Shown one piece after another: positions 1 through 10,306 of a stretch of DNA of 64,000 nt. This DNA is from an uncultured Anaerolineales bacterium. GTDB taxonomy: Bacteria > Planctomycetota > Phycisphaerae > FEN-1346. Under the pieces are notes generated by a model. It was given only the letters and a program-made list of their open reading frames with translations. It did not search any database and was not told the DNA's origin. Made by a program: the position numbers and the translations under genes. The stretch's first letter is position 1. Each line of letters opens with the position of its first letter. The stretch is from NCBI GenBank assembly GCA_964397995.1, contig CAYNLG010000005.1:322-64321 (forward strand), in the 5' to 3' direction.

Positions 1-1242
1 GTCGTCATTGCCGCCCTCCTCGGCGCCGAGGAGTTCGGCTTCGGCACGACCGTCCTGGTGTGCCTCGGCTGCGTCATGATGCGCAAGTGCCACCTGAACA
101 CGTGCCCCGTGGGCGTCGCGACGCAGGACCCGCGGCTGCGGGCCCGCTTCGCCGGCAAGCCGGAGCACGTCGTCCGGTTCTTCCGGTTCATGGCCGAGGA
201 GATCCGCGAACTGATGGCCGAGCTGGGTTTCCGCACCCTCGACGAAATGGTCGGCCGCGTCGACCGCCTGAACGTCGCCCCGGCCATCGCCCACTGGAAG
301 GCGCGCGGCCTGGACTTCTCGCGCATCCTGGCCCCGGCGACGGACGAGCCGGGCGCGGCCCTGCGATGCACCCGGAAGCAGGACCACGACCTGGCCGGCC
401 GCCTCGACGACGACCTCATCCGCGAGGCGAAGGCGGCCCTCGAGGACGGCACGCCCGTCACCATCGAGCGGCCCATCCGGAACATCCACCGCACGGTCGG
501 CGCGACCCTGAGCGGGGAAATCGTCACGCGCCGCGGCGCCGAGGGCCTGCCCCCGGAGACGATCCGCCTCCGGTTCCGCGGCTCGGCCGGCCAGAGCCTC
601 GGGGCCTTCCTCGCCCCCGGCATCGACCTCCGCGTCGAGGGCGACGCCAACGACTACCTCGCCAAGGGCATGAGCGGCGGCCGCGTCGTCGTCGTCCCTC
701 CGAAGGGCGTCCGCTTCCCGCCCCATGACAACATCATCGTCGGCAACGTTGTCCTCTACGGGGCGACCGGTGGCGAGGTCTACCTGGCCGGCCTCGCCGG
801 CGAACGCTTCGCCGTCCGCAACTCCGGCGCCACCGCCGTCGTCGAGGGCGTCGGCGACCACGGCTGCGAGTACATGACCGGCGGCACGGTGGTCGTGCTC
901 GGTCCCGTCGGCTACAACTTTGCCGCCGGCATGAGCGGCGGCGTCGCCTACGTCTACGACGAGGCCGAACTCTTCGGCACCCGCTGCAACCTCGCCATGG
1001 TCGACCTCGAAAGCGTCTGGACCGACGAGGACCGCACCCGCCTCCGCGCCCTCATCGAGACCCATCACCGGTTGACCGGGAGCCCCCGGGCCGCCGAACT
1101 CCTCGACGACTGGGAGGCCCGCGTGCCCCTGTTCGTCAAGGTCATGCCCATCGAGTATCGCCAGGTGCTCGAACGCCTCCGCCAACGGGCCGACCGCGAC
1201 GCCGAGACCGTCTCCGCCACCGAGGAGGTCTACCATGGGTGA
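1..1242 (+). CDS. gltB: glutamate synthase large subunit, C-terminal GXGXG domain (5'-partial, continues upstream of window)
   Basis: Translation contains [21 protein letters not shown] and the GXGXG-type repeats ([27 protein letters not shown]) typical of the GltB C-terminus. The stop overlaps the gltD start by 8 nt. Confidence 0.9.
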   Translation, partial: VVIAALLGAEEFGFGTTVLVCLGCVMMRKCHLNTCPVGVATQDPRLRARFAGKPEHVVRFFRFMAEEIRELMAELGFRTLDEMVGRVDRLNVAPAIAHWKARGLDFSRILAPATDEPGAALRCTRKQDHDLAGRLDDDLIREAKAALEDGTPVTIERPIRNIHRTVGATLSGEIVTRRGAEGLPPETIRLRFRGSAGQSLGAFLAPGIDLRVEGDANDYLAKGMSGGRVVVVPPKGVRFPPHDNIIVGNVVLYGATGGEVYLAGLAGERFAVRNSGATAVVEGVGDHGCEYMTGGTVVVLGPVGYNFAAGMSGGVAYVYDEAELFGTRCNLAMVDLESVWTDEDRTRLRALIETHHRLTGSPRAAELLDDWEARVPLFVKVMPIEYRQVLERLRQRADRDAETVSATEEVYHG

Positions 1243-2680
1243 GCCGACCGGCTTCCTCCAGCACGTCCGCCAGGACCCGCCGAAGCGGCCCGTCGAGGAG
1301 CGCGTCGGCGACTGGCGCGAGATCGCGCGCCCCTTGGCCCCCGACCACCTCAAGACCCAGGCCGCCCGCTGCATGGACTGCGGCATCCCGTTCTGCCACG
1401 CCTTCGGCTGCCCCGTCGCCAACCGCGTCCCGGAGTTCAACGACCTGGTGTACCGCGGCCACTGGCGTGCGGCCCTGGAGGTGCTGCACGAGACGAACAA
1501 CTTCCCGGAGATCACCGGCCGCGTCTGCCCCGCCCCCTGCGAGGCCGCCTGTACCCTCGCGATCAACGCCGAGCCCGTGACCATCCGGCAGATCGAGCTG
1601 CAGTTGGTGGAGCGCGGCTGGCGGGAAGGGTGGATCACGCCGGAGCCGCCCGCCGAGCGCACCGGCCGTCGCGTCGCCGTCATCGGCAGCGGCCCGGCCG
1701 GCCTGGCGGCCGCCCAGGCCCTCGCCCGCGCGGGCCACGAGGTGGTCGTCTTCGAGAAGGCCGACCGCGTCGGCGGCATCCTGCGATACGGCATCCCGGA
1801 CTTCAAGCTCGAGAAGTGGGTCCTCGACCGCCGCCTGGAGCAGATGCGGGCCGAGGGGGTCGCCTTCGAGACCGGCGTCACCGTCGGCGTCGACATCAGC
1901 TACAAGTACCTCCGCCAGAAGTTCGGCGCCGTTGTCCTTGCCATCGGCGCCGAGGTCCCCCGCGACCTCAAGGTGCCCGGGCGCGGCTACGAGGGCATCC
2001 ACGTGGCCATGGACTACCTCATCCAGCAGAACCGCCGCAACGCCGGCGACACCGTCCCCCACGACGAGGCGATTGTGGCGCGCGGCAAGGACGTGGTCGT
2101 CATCGGCGGCGGCGACACCGGCTCCGACTGCGTCGGCACCGCCCGACGCCAAGGCGCCCGCAGCATCACCCAGATCGAACTCCTCCCCGAGCCGCCCACC
2201 GACCGGACGCCCGCGAACCCGTGGCCGACCTGGCCCCAGACCCTCCGCGCCAGCACCAGCCACGAGGAAGGCTGCACGCGGCTTTGGAGCGTCCTGACGA
2301 AGGCCTTCCTCGGCACGGGCGTGCGGGTGCGCGGCCTGCGGGCCGTGCAAATCGCGTGGTCCGAGCCGGAGGGCGGCAGCCGGCCGACCTTCGAGGAAGT
2401 CCCGGGCTCGGAGTTCGAGCGCCCCGCCCAGCTCGTCCTCCTGGCGATGGGCTTCGTCCACGCCGAACCGGGCCCGCTCGTGGCCGACGCGGGGCTGGCG
2501 CTGGACGGGCGCGGCAACCTGAAGGTGGACGCGCGGTACGCCACGAGCGAGCCGGGCGTCTTCGCCTGCGCCGACTGCACGACCGGGGCGTCGCTCGTGG
2601 TCCGCGCCATCACCCACGGCCGCCAGGCGGCCAGGGCGGTGGACGACTGGCTGGCCGAGGACGGGGAAACCGGGGCGTAG
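1235..2680 (+). CDS. gltD: glutamate synthase small subunit (NADPH), FeS plus FAD/NAD-binding
   Basis: Cys cluster [10 protein letters not shown]...CPAPCEAAC, Rossmann motifs [14 protein letters not shown] and [13 protein letters not shown]. Translationally coupled to gltB. Confidence 0.9.
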   Translation: MGEPTGFLQHVRQDPPKRPVEERVGDWREIARPLAPDHLKTQAARCMDCGIPFCHAFGCPVANRVPEFNDLVYRGHWRAALEVLHETNNFPEITGRVCPAPCEAACTLAINAEPVTIRQIELQLVERGWREGWITPEPPAERTGRRVAVIGSGPAGLAAAQALARAGHEVVVFEKADRVGGILRYGIPDFKLEKWVLDRRLEQMRAEGVAFETGVTVGVDISYKYLRQKFGAVVLAIGAEVPRDLKVPGRGYEGIHVAMDYLIQQNRRNAGDTVPHDEAIVARGKDVVVIGGGDTGSDCVGTARRQGARSITQIELLPEPPTDRTPANPWPTWPQTLRASTSHEEGCTRLWSVLTKAFLGTGVRVRGLRAVQIAWSEPEGGSRPTFEEVPGSEFERPAQLVLLAMGFVHAEPGPLVADAGLALDGRGNLKVDARYATSEPGVFACADCTTGASLVVRAITHGRQAARAVDDWLAEDGETGA

Positions 2681-2830
2681 GGCGCCTTGGCGCGGGGGCT
2701 AGCCCCGCGGCGAAAAGCGCCGGCCGGCCTGCGTCTTGCTCTTTCTTCGCCTCTTTGCGGCCCTGCCGTTTTGCTGTCTTGCCGGTCTGTCGTGTGCTGT
2801 TCTGGCGCCTTGGCCGTTCTGCCCAGTCAC

Positions 2831-4279
2831 CTAGTCACCTGTCGTTACTCTATCAAACTGGTGCTTCGAAAACGTCTCCGGCACGGCCGTCGCATACGCC
2901 CCCGTGAAGCACGCCGTGCACATCGCCTCCGGCGTCGGCACCACCGAGAGCAGCCCCTCCACCGACAGGTACCGCAGCGAATCCGCCCCCAGGAAGTCGC
3001 GGATCTCCTCCACCGACGACGCCGACGCAATCAGCTCCTCCCGCGTGGACATGTCGATCCCGTAGAAGCACGGGCACCGGATCGGCGGGCTCGATACCCG
3101 GACGTGCACCTCCGCCGCCCCCGCCCCGCGGACCATCCGGATCAGGTTCCGCAGCGTCGTCCCGCGCACGATGCTGTCCTCGACCACCACCACGCGCTTG
3201 CCGCGCAGCACCCCCGTCACGGGGTTGAACTTGACGCGGACGTCCACGTCGCGCTCGTGCTGGTGCGGGGCGATGAAGGTGCGGCCCACGTAGTGGTTGC
3301 GGATCAGGCCGATCTCGAACCGCAGGCCCGACGCCTCCGCGTACCCCAGGGCCGCCGTGTTCGCCGAGTCCGGCACCGCGATGACGATGTCCGCCTCGGC
3401 CGGCGCCTCCGCCGCCAGCCGCCGACCGAACCCGCGGCGGACCTTGTCCACCTTCTGCCCGTAGATCCAGCTGTCCGGCCGCGCAAAGTAAATGTACTCG
3501 AAGATGCAGAGCGCGTGCCGGTCGGCCTCCGGCAACCGGTGCCAGTGCTCCCCCTCGGCGTCGACCACAAGCATCTCGCCCGGTTCGAACGAGCGGTCGT
3601 AGGCGGCCCCGACGATGTCCAGGGCGCACGATTCGCTCGCGACGTAGACGGCCCCGTCCTTGCGGCCGAGGCAGAGCGGCCGGAACCCCGCCGGGTCGCG
3701 CACCGCCACCATCCGGTCCGGCGCCAGGAACAGGAAACAATACGCCCCGACGACCTGGCCCAGGGCCTCGCGGATCGCCTCGGCCAGCTCCGCCTCCCGC
3801 GACCGGGCCACCAGGTGAAGCACCACCTCGGAGTCGGTCGTGGTCTGGAAGATCGACCCGTCGTCCTCCATCCGCGTCCGCAGCTCGGCCGCGCTGACCA
3901 GGTTCCCGTTATGGGCCGCCGCCAGCTGGCCGCGCTTGCACTCGATCAGGATCGGCTGGACGTTGCGGACGTTGGAGCTGCCGGTGGTGGAGTAGCGGTT
4001 GTGGCCGACGGCGACGGCCCCCGGCAACCGCTCCAGCGTTCCGCGCGCGCCGAAGACGCCGCTGACGAGGCCCGTCCCGCGGACGGTGCGCAGCAAACGC
4101 CCGTCGCTGGCGGCGATGCCGGCGGCCTCCTGGCCCCGGTGCTGCAGGGCGTAGAGGCCGAAGTAGGTGTCGCGCGCGGCCTCCGGGGACCCCCAGACGC
4201 CGAACAGGCCGCAGTACTCGCGCGGCCGGTCGGGGCGCGCACGGTCCACCGGTCCGCCGGTCGGTCGGCGGTGCGTCAT
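2831..4279 (-). CDS. purF: amidophosphoribosyltransferase (glutamine PRPP amidotransferase)
   Basis: N-terminal nucleophile motif CGLFGVWG, YFGLYALQHRGQEAAGIA, and a PRTase motif VVVVEDSIVRGTT. The N-terminal propeptide length is uncertain. Confidence 0.9.
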   Translation of the reverse strand: MTHRRPTGGPVDRARPDRPREYCGLFGVWGSPEAARDTYFGLYALQHRGQEAAGIAASDGRLLRTVRGTGLVSGVFGARGTLERLPGAVAVGHNRYSTTGSSNVRNVQPILIECKRGQLAAAHNGNLVSAAELRTRMEDDGSIFQTTTDSEVVLHLVARSREAELAEAIREALGQVVGAYCFLFLAPDRMVAVRDPAGFRPLCLGRKDGAVYVASESCALDIVGAAYDRSFEPGEMLVVDAEGEHWHRLPEADRHALCIFEYIYFARPDSWIYGQKVDKVRRGFGRRLAAEAPAEADIVIAVPDSANTAALGYAEASGLRFEIGLIRNHYVGRTFIAPHQHERDVDVRVKFNPVTGVLRGKRVVVVEDSIVRGTTLRNLIRMVRGAGAAEVHVRVSSPPIRCPCFYGIDMSTREELIASASSVEEIRDFLGADSLRYLSVEGLLSVVPTPEAMCTACFTGAYATAVPETFSKHQFDRVTTGD

Positions 4280-4840
4280 GATCGGAATCCTCTCGCCCGT
4301 GTGCCCGTCTTGCGTGGGAGGACCGGACTGCGGAGCGCCGCACGGCCCGGCCCCATTCTAGGGCCGCCGCGCGACAGGTTCAAGGACATGGGGGCTGTCG
4401 CAGACGTCCGTGCAAAGTGCGGGGCGTAACGATGGTCACGCCACCGAAACGCCCAAGCAATAGTAAGTCTTGGTTACCTGTTACAAGGAAGTCCACACCG
4501 CCGCCCAGCGCCGTGCCAAGGACGGGTAGGTCGCTGGCATCACGGCACGCCGCGGTCGGCCGCGCGGCCTTCGGGGGCTTCTCCGGTCGCCCTCCGGGCT
4601 CCCCGCGAAGCCCCCGAAGGCCTGGGTTCCATCTTCGCCATCGTGACACTCCTTTCCGTTCGGGCCTGCTCATTCTATCCGACGCAAAGGAGTGTCCAAG
4701 CTATCCCCGGGGCGGGAGCATCGAATCCTACCCAAGCCCGCGCCCGTTCGGTATAGTACCCGGGGCGCCGGGGTGCGCGGGGCGCGGCGTAGCGGCTGCG
4801 CGGCACCGGCGCGCTTCCGCGACCCCAGGCAAGGGCAGCC

Positions 4841-7486
4841 ATGGCACAGGTCAGTCCGGCCCTCAGCACGGGCCTTCCGGGGCTGGATCACGTTCTGCGC
4901 GGCCTGATTCCGGGCGACAACGTCGTCTGGGAGGTCCGCGACGTCGAGGACTACCGGCCCTTCGTCACCCCGTACGTCGAGGCGTCCCGCCGCCTCGGCC
5001 AGCCGCTGGTCTACTTCCGCTTCGCCCGCCACGAGCCGCTGGTCGGGCCGGAGGCGGGGGCCCGGGTCGTTGCGCTCGACCCGCAGGCGGGGTTCGAGGC
5101 CTTCCTCTCGGGCATCCACCGCACCATCGAGGAGACCGGCCACGGCGGGTACTACGTCTTCGACTGCCTCTCGGACCTGGCCGTGGACTGGTACAGCGAC
5201 CAGATGCTCGGGAACTTCTTCCGGCTGACGTGCCCGTACCTCTTTGACGTGCAGGCCCTGGCGTACTTCGCGGTGCTCCGCCACTACCACGCCGGCGAGG
5301 CCGTCGAGGCCATCTCCGGCACGACGCAGATCTTCCTCGACGTCTACCGCCACGACGGCCGCCTGTACCTGCACCCCGTGAAGGTCCAGCAGCGGTACTC
5401 GCCGACGATGTACATGCTGCACGAGTGGGACGAGGCGTCGGGGGCGTTCACGCCGGTCAAGCAGAGCGCCGAGACGAGCGAGGTCCTGACGAGCGACCCC
5501 GGCACGGGGCCGGGGTCCGACGCCCTGCGCATCGGCCTCTGGGGTCGCACCTTCGTCCAGGCCGAGGAGGTTTTGGCCGAGGCCGTCGATCCGGAGAGCA
5601 GCACGCCGAAGGCCGGTCGCCTGCGCGAGCGCCTGCTCCGCATGGCCGTCAGCCGCGACGAGCCCGTCCTGGCCCTGGCCGAGAAGTACCTGACGCTCGA
5701 GGACGTGGTGGCCGTGCGGAAGCGGATGATCGGCACGGGCCTGATCGGCGGCAAGACGGTCGGCATGCTGCTGGCGCGGGCGATCCTGCGGGCGAGCGAC
5801 CCGAAGTGGGCCGCGCGACTGGAGCCGCACGACTCGTACTACGTCGGCAGCGACGTCTTCTACACCTTCCTGGTCGAGAACGGCATCTGGTGGGTCCGCG
5901 AGCGCCAGAAGGACCCGCAGACGTTCCTGGACGGGTCGGAGCGGGCGCGGCACCGGATGCTGACGGGCGAGTTCCCGCCGGCCATCGTGGACCAGTTCGA
6001 GCGGATGCTCGACTACTTCGGCCAGTCGCCGATCATCGTCCGCAGCTCCAGCCTGCTGGAGGACAACTTCGGCAACTCGTTCGCCGGGAAGTACGAGAGC
6101 GTCTTCTGCGCGAACCAGGGCAGCCGCGACAAGCGCCTGGAGGACTTCCTGTCGGCCGTCCGGACCATCTACGCCAGCGCCATGAGCGAGCGGGCCCTGC
6201 GGTATCGGGCCGCCCGGGGCCTGCTGGACCAGGACGAGCAGATGGCCCTCCTGGTGCAGCGCGTCAGCGGCGCCCTCTACGGGACGCTCTTCTACCCACC
6301 GGTGGCCGGCGTCGGGTTCTCGTTCAACCCGTACGTCTGGGACGAGCGGATCGACCCGGACTCCGGCGTCCTGCGCATCGTCCTCGGCCTGGGGACGCGG
6401 GCGGTCGACCGCAGCGACGACGACTACACGCGCGTCGTCGCGATGAACGCGCCGGACCTGCGGCCGGAGTCGAACGTCGACCAGGCCCGCCAGTACGCCC
6501 AGCGCAAGGTGGACGTGCTGGACCTGGAGGCGAACCAGTTGGTCTCGGCGCGGCTGGCGGACGTGGCGCGGCGCAGCCCGGAGCTGCCGCTGGAGCTGCT
6601 GGCGACGCGGGACGAGGCCCTGGCGCGGCGGGCGGCCGAGGGCGGTGTCGCGGACGTCTTCCCGTGGGTGCTCACCTTCGAGCGGCTCTTCGGCGAGACC
6701 GACTACGTGGCCGACATGCGCGACATGCTCGCGACGCTCCAGGCCGCCTACGACTACCCCGTCGACGTCGAGTTCACCACGAACGCGACCGCCGACGGCC
6801 GGTACCGGATCAACCTCGTCCAGTGCCGCCCCCTGCAGGTCCAGTCCGCCGAGGGCCGGCCGACGGAGGCCCCGCCGGAGGACCTGCCGGAGGCCGACGT
6901 GGTGCTGGAGGCCCGCGGGGCGGTCATCGGCCCAAGCCGCGCCGGCACGGTCGACCGGCTCATCTTCGTCGATCCGGCGGTGTACGGGGAACTGGCGATC
7001 GGCGACCGGTACTCGGTGGCGCGGCTGATTGGGCGTCTGGTGCACGTGCCCAGCCGCGGGCCGGCGCCGGTGGTGCTCCTGGTCGGCCCGGGGCGATGGG
7101 GGACGACCACGCCGTCGCTCGGGGTGCCCGTTTCGTTCGCCGACATCAATGCCGCCTCGGCGGTCTGCGAGGTGGTGGCCATGCGGGACGACCTGGTGCC
7201 GGACGTCTCGCTCGGGACGCACTTCCTGAACGAGCTGGTCGAGATGGACGTGCTGTACTGCGCCCTGTTCCCGGGGCGCGAGGGGAACCGGCTGAACGCG
7301 GACCTCTTGCGGGCCGCGCCCGACCGGCGGCCGGAGTTGACGGACGAGGGCGGCGACTGGGTCCGCGCGGTCCGGGTGATCGACGGCGAGGCGCTGGAGG
7401 ACGGCGCCCGGCTGGTGCTGCACGCGGACACGCGGAAACAGCGGGTGCTCTGCTACCTGGAGCGCGTGGGCGAGAGCGGGGAGTAG
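4841..7486 (+). CDS. PEP/pyruvate-binding (PPDK-N / PEP-synthase-type ATP-grasp) domain protein with an atypical RecA/KaiC-like N-terminal region; no phosphohistidine swivel domain seen
   Basis: Middle region has LIGGKTVGMLLARAIL ... GNSFAGKYESVFC, typical of the pyruvate-phosphate-dikinase N-domain. The N-terminus GLPGLDHVLRGLIPGDNVVWEV resembles a KaiC/RadA loop but lacks the Walker A GxxxxGK[ST]. The GGxxSHxxI swivel motif is not seen. Confidence 0.6.
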   Translation: MAQVSPALSTGLPGLDHVLRGLIPGDNVVWEVRDVEDYRPFVTPYVEASRRLGQPLVYFRFARHEPLVGPEAGARVVALDPQAGFEAFLSGIHRTIEETGHGGYYVFDCLSDLAVDWYSDQMLGNFFRLTCPYLFDVQALAYFAVLRHYHAGEAVEAISGTTQIFLDVYRHDGRLYLHPVKVQQRYSPTMYMLHEWDEASGAFTPVKQSAETSEVLTSDPGTGPGSDALRIGLWGRTFVQAEEVLAEAVDPESSTPKAGRLRERLLRMAVSRDEPVLALAEKYLTLEDVVAVRKRMIGTGLIGGKTVGMLLARAILRASDPKWAARLEPHDSYYVGSDVFYTFLVENGIWWVRERQKDPQTFLDGSERARHRMLTGEFPPAIVDQFERMLDYFGQSPIIVRSSSLLEDNFGNSFAGKYESVFCANQGSRDKRLEDFLSAVRTIYASAMSERALRYRAARGLLDQDEQMALLVQRVSGALYGTLFYPPVAGVGFSFNPYVWDERIDPDSGVLRIVLGLGTRAVDRSDDDYTRVVAMNAPDLRPESNVDQARQYAQRKVDVLDLEANQLVSARLADVARRSPELPLELLATRDEALARRAAEGGVADVFPWVLTFERLFGETDYVADMRDMLATLQAAYDYPVDVEFTTNATADGRYRINLVQCRPLQVQSAEGRPTEAPPEDLPEADVVLEARGAVIGPSRAGTVDRLIFVDPAVYGELAIGDRYSVARLIGRLVHVPSRGPAPVVLLVGPGRWGTTTPSLGVPVSFADINAASAVCEVVAMRDDLVPDVSLGTHFLNELVEMDVLYCALFPGREGNRLNADLLRAAPDRRPELTDEGGDWVRAVRVIDGEALEDGARLVLHADTRKQRVLCYLERVGESGE

Positions 7487-7529
7487 GCCCGATGGCGCGC
7501 CGCACCGGCGATACCCGGGAGATTCCCCC

Positions 7530-7766
7530 GTGAACGTGCTGTACGTGGACCTGGACGCCACGCGGGCCGACCCCCTCGGCTGCTGCGGCCAGGCCCGGCC
7601 CGCGCCCCCGCACCTCGATGCGATTGCCGCCGAGGCCCCCGAGATGACCACCGGCCGCTCCGTCGAACGATACCTGGCCCGGCTCCGCGCGACGGGGCGC
7701 GACGCCGAGGCCGACGTGGTCGCGGCGCGGCTGGCGGCCGCACAGGGCGGGGAGGCGCCACCGTGA
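7530..7766 (+). pseudogene. 78-aa ORF resembling only the extreme N-terminus of an alkaline-phosphatase-superfamily sulfatase (possible gene remnant)
   Basis: MNVLYVDLDATRADPLGCCGQ resembles the sulfatase N-terminal metal/FGly region. The ORF is far too short for a sulfatase. Its stop overlaps the next gene's start. Confidence 0.25.
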
Positions 7767-8713
7767 ACATTGCTGTGCTCGACGGCCACACGCTGAACCC
7801 CGGGGACTTGGACTGGTCGGCCTTCGAGGCGCTGGGCACGGTCCGGGTCTACCCCCGCACGCCGCCGGACGAGACCGTCGCGCGGGCCCGCGATGCCGAC
7901 GCCGTACTGACGAACAAGACGCGCCTGACGGCCGAGGTGCTGGCGGCGATCGACCGGCTCAGGTACGTCGGCGTCCTGGCCACGGGATACGACGTCGTGG
8001 ACCTCGCGGCCGCGCGGCGGCAGGGCGTCACGGTGACGAACGTGCCTGGCTACGCGAGCCGGTCGGTGGTGCAGGCGACCTTTGGCCTGCTGCTGGAACT
8101 GACGAACGCCGTCGGACACCACGCCGGCACGGTCCGCGAGGGTCGCTGGACCGAGGCGCCGGACTTCTGCTACTGGGACCGGCCCCTCGTCGAGCTGGCC
8201 GGCCAGACGATGGGCGTGGTGGGTTACGGGGCCATCGGCCGCGCGGTGGCGGAGGTGGCCCGGGCGTTCGGCATGCACGTGCTCGTCCACAGCGTGCCGG
8301 CCCCGGCGGAGGCCGAGGGGGTGACGCGCGCGGACCTGGAGACGCTCTTTGCCGAGAGCGACGTGGTGAGCCTGCACTGCCCGCTGACGCCGGAGACGGC
8401 CGGGCTTGTCGGCGCCGAGCGGCTGGCGCGGATGAAGCCGACGGCGCTGCTGCTGAACACGGCGCGCGGGGGCCTGGTGGACGAGGCGGCCCTGGCGGCG
8501 GCGCTCCGCGAGGGGCGGCTGGCGGGGGCGGGGCTGGATGTCCTGAGCGCCGAACCGCCGCCCGCCAACCACCCCCTCCTGGCCGTGCCGAACTGCGTCA
8601 TCACGCCGCACCAGGCCTGGGCCGGCACCGGGTCGCGCCGGCGCCTCATGGCCGAGGCCGCGCGGAACCTGCGGGCGTTTCTCGACGGGCGGCCGCGCAA
8701 CGTCGTCACCTGA
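7763..8713 (+). CDS. D-isomer-specific 2-hydroxyacid dehydrogenase (glycerate dehydrogenase / hydroxypyruvate reductase family)
   Basis: NAD-binding GVVGYGAIGRAVA, catalytic-region RGGLVDEAAL, and overall collinearity with the GDH/HPR family. Confidence 0.85.
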   Translation: MNIAVLDGHTLNPGDLDWSAFEALGTVRVYPRTPPDETVARARDADAVLTNKTRLTAEVLAAIDRLRYVGVLATGYDVVDLAAARRQGVTVTNVPGYASRSVVQATFGLLLELTNAVGHHAGTVREGRWTEAPDFCYWDRPLVELAGQTMGVVGYGAIGRAVAEVARAFGMHVLVHSVPAPAEAEGVTRADLETLFAESDVVSLHCPLTPETAGLVGAERLARMKPTALLLNTARGGLVDEAALAAALREGRLAGAGLDVLSAEPPPANHPLLAVPNCVITPHQAWAGTGSRRRLMAEAARNLRAFLDGRPRNVVT

Positions 8714-8727
8714 ACGAAGGAGGTATC

Positions 8728-10128
8728 GTGGACCCTTATCGGTACGAGCGGACGATTCCCGCCGAGGGCGGGTGGGACCTGGTGGTCGCGGGCGGCGGGC
8801 CGGCGGGGACGGCGGCGGCGGTGTGTGCGGCGCGGCTCGGGGCGAAGGTCCTCCTGGCCGAGCAGACCGGGTGCCTGGGCGGCATGGGGACAAGCGGCCT
8901 GGTCTGCGCGTTCGACCCGATGGCCGACGGCGAGCGGACCCTCGTGGGAGGGCTCCAGCTCGAGATCGTCGAGACGCTGTACGCGCGGGGCGAGTTGCCG
9001 CCCCAGGTGACCCCCGCGTACTGGCGGAGCGCGTACCACCGGTGGACGCCGTTCCCGCCGGAGGCGCTGAAGCGGCTCCTGGACGAACTCGTGACGGTCG
9101 CGGGCGTGGAGGTCCGCTTCTTCACGCGTGTCATCGACGCCGACGCCGACGCCGAGGCCGGGCGCGTGCGCGGCGTCGTTCTCGAGAACGTCGAGGGGCT
9201 CCGCTACGTCGAGGCCCCCGCGTTCGTCGACGCGACGGGCGACGCGTGCCTGGCGGACGCGTGCGGCGCGGCCTACCGGCAGGCCGGGCGCGACACCGAG
9301 GCGATCATGCCGCCCACGTTGTGCAGCCTGCACGCGGGCATCGACTGGGACGCGATCCGGGACTTCGAACGGAGCGCCAACTACCGGAGCCAGGTCGAGG
9401 CGTATCACCAGGCCCTGGAAGACGGCCTGTTCAGCCAGTACGACCGGCAGATGTCCGGCGCCCTCAGCCGCGTCGGCCGCACCCTCGGCTACCTCAACTC
9501 CGGTCACGTCTTCGGCACGGACGCGACGAACTGCGGCAGTGTCACGGCGGCGATGATGCATGGGCGGCGGCTGGTCGGCGAATTCGTCCGGTTCTTCCGC
9601 GAGCGGCTGCCCTGGTGCCGCGAGATGGAACTGGTCGCGACGGCCCCGCGGCTGGGCGTTCGCGAGTCGCGCCGCATCGTCGGCGAGTACGAACTGGCCT
9701 TCGACGACTACCTGGCGCGGCGTCAGTTTCCGGACCAGGTGGGGGTCTTCAACAAGTTCGTCGACATCCACCCGGTCGACTGCTCGGACGCGGAGTGGGA
9801 ACGGTTTCAGGAGGAGAAGGACCGCACCGGCCGCCTCGGGCCCGGCGAGTGCTTCGGCCTCCCCTACGGCATCCTGGTGCCGCGCGGCTGGGCGAACTTG
9901 TGGGTGGCGGGGCGGTGCGCGAGTGCGGACGTGAAGGTGCACGGGTCGATCCGGGTGATGCCGGCGGCGTCGATGATGGGCCAGGCCGCGGGTACGGCTG
10001 CCGTCCAGTCGGTTCGCACGGGTCGCCCGGCGGGGGCGATCGACACCGCGCGCCTGGTGGAAACCCTCCGCGAGCAGGGCGCCTACCTGCCGCAGGCCGA
10101 CCTCCGCCCGACGCTGACGCGGGCCTAG
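8728..10128 (+). CDS. FAD-dependent oxidoreductase (FAD_oxidored-type)
   Basis: N-terminal dinucleotide motif DLVVAGGGPAGTAAAVCAARLGAKVLLAEQ. About 466 aa. This family is often found beside carbohydrate-active genes. Confidence 0.75.
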   Translation: MDPYRYERTIPAEGGWDLVVAGGGPAGTAAAVCAARLGAKVLLAEQTGCLGGMGTSGLVCAFDPMADGERTLVGGLQLEIVETLYARGELPPQVTPAYWRSAYHRWTPFPPEALKRLLDELVTVAGVEVRFFTRVIDADADAEAGRVRGVVLENVEGLRYVEAPAFVDATGDACLADACGAAYRQAGRDTEAIMPPTLCSLHAGIDWDAIRDFERSANYRSQVEAYHQALEDGLFSQYDRQMSGALSRVGRTLGYLNSGHVFGTDATNCGSVTAAMMHGRRLVGEFVRFFRERLPWCREMELVATAPRLGVRESRRIVGEYELAFDDYLARRQFPDQVGVFNKFVDIHPVDCSDAEWERFQEEKDRTGRLGPGECFGLPYGILVPRGWANLWVAGRCASADVKVHGSIRVMPAASMMGQAAGTAAVQSVRTGRPAGAIDTARLVETLREQGAYLPQADLRPTLTRA

Positions 10129-10306
10129 CCCGGGCGCCGGGCCCGCCCCACGGGCCGCTGGTGCGCCGGCGGTTTGGCCGATGCGCGATTCCCCCGAACG
10201 GGTTCAACCGAGCGGCATGACGCTCGGGTTCGAGGGAAAGGTCTGCCCGGGCTCGTGACAGGACGCGAGGCGCGCTCGCCGCCCATGGGACGGGCGCCGG
10301 CCGCGA

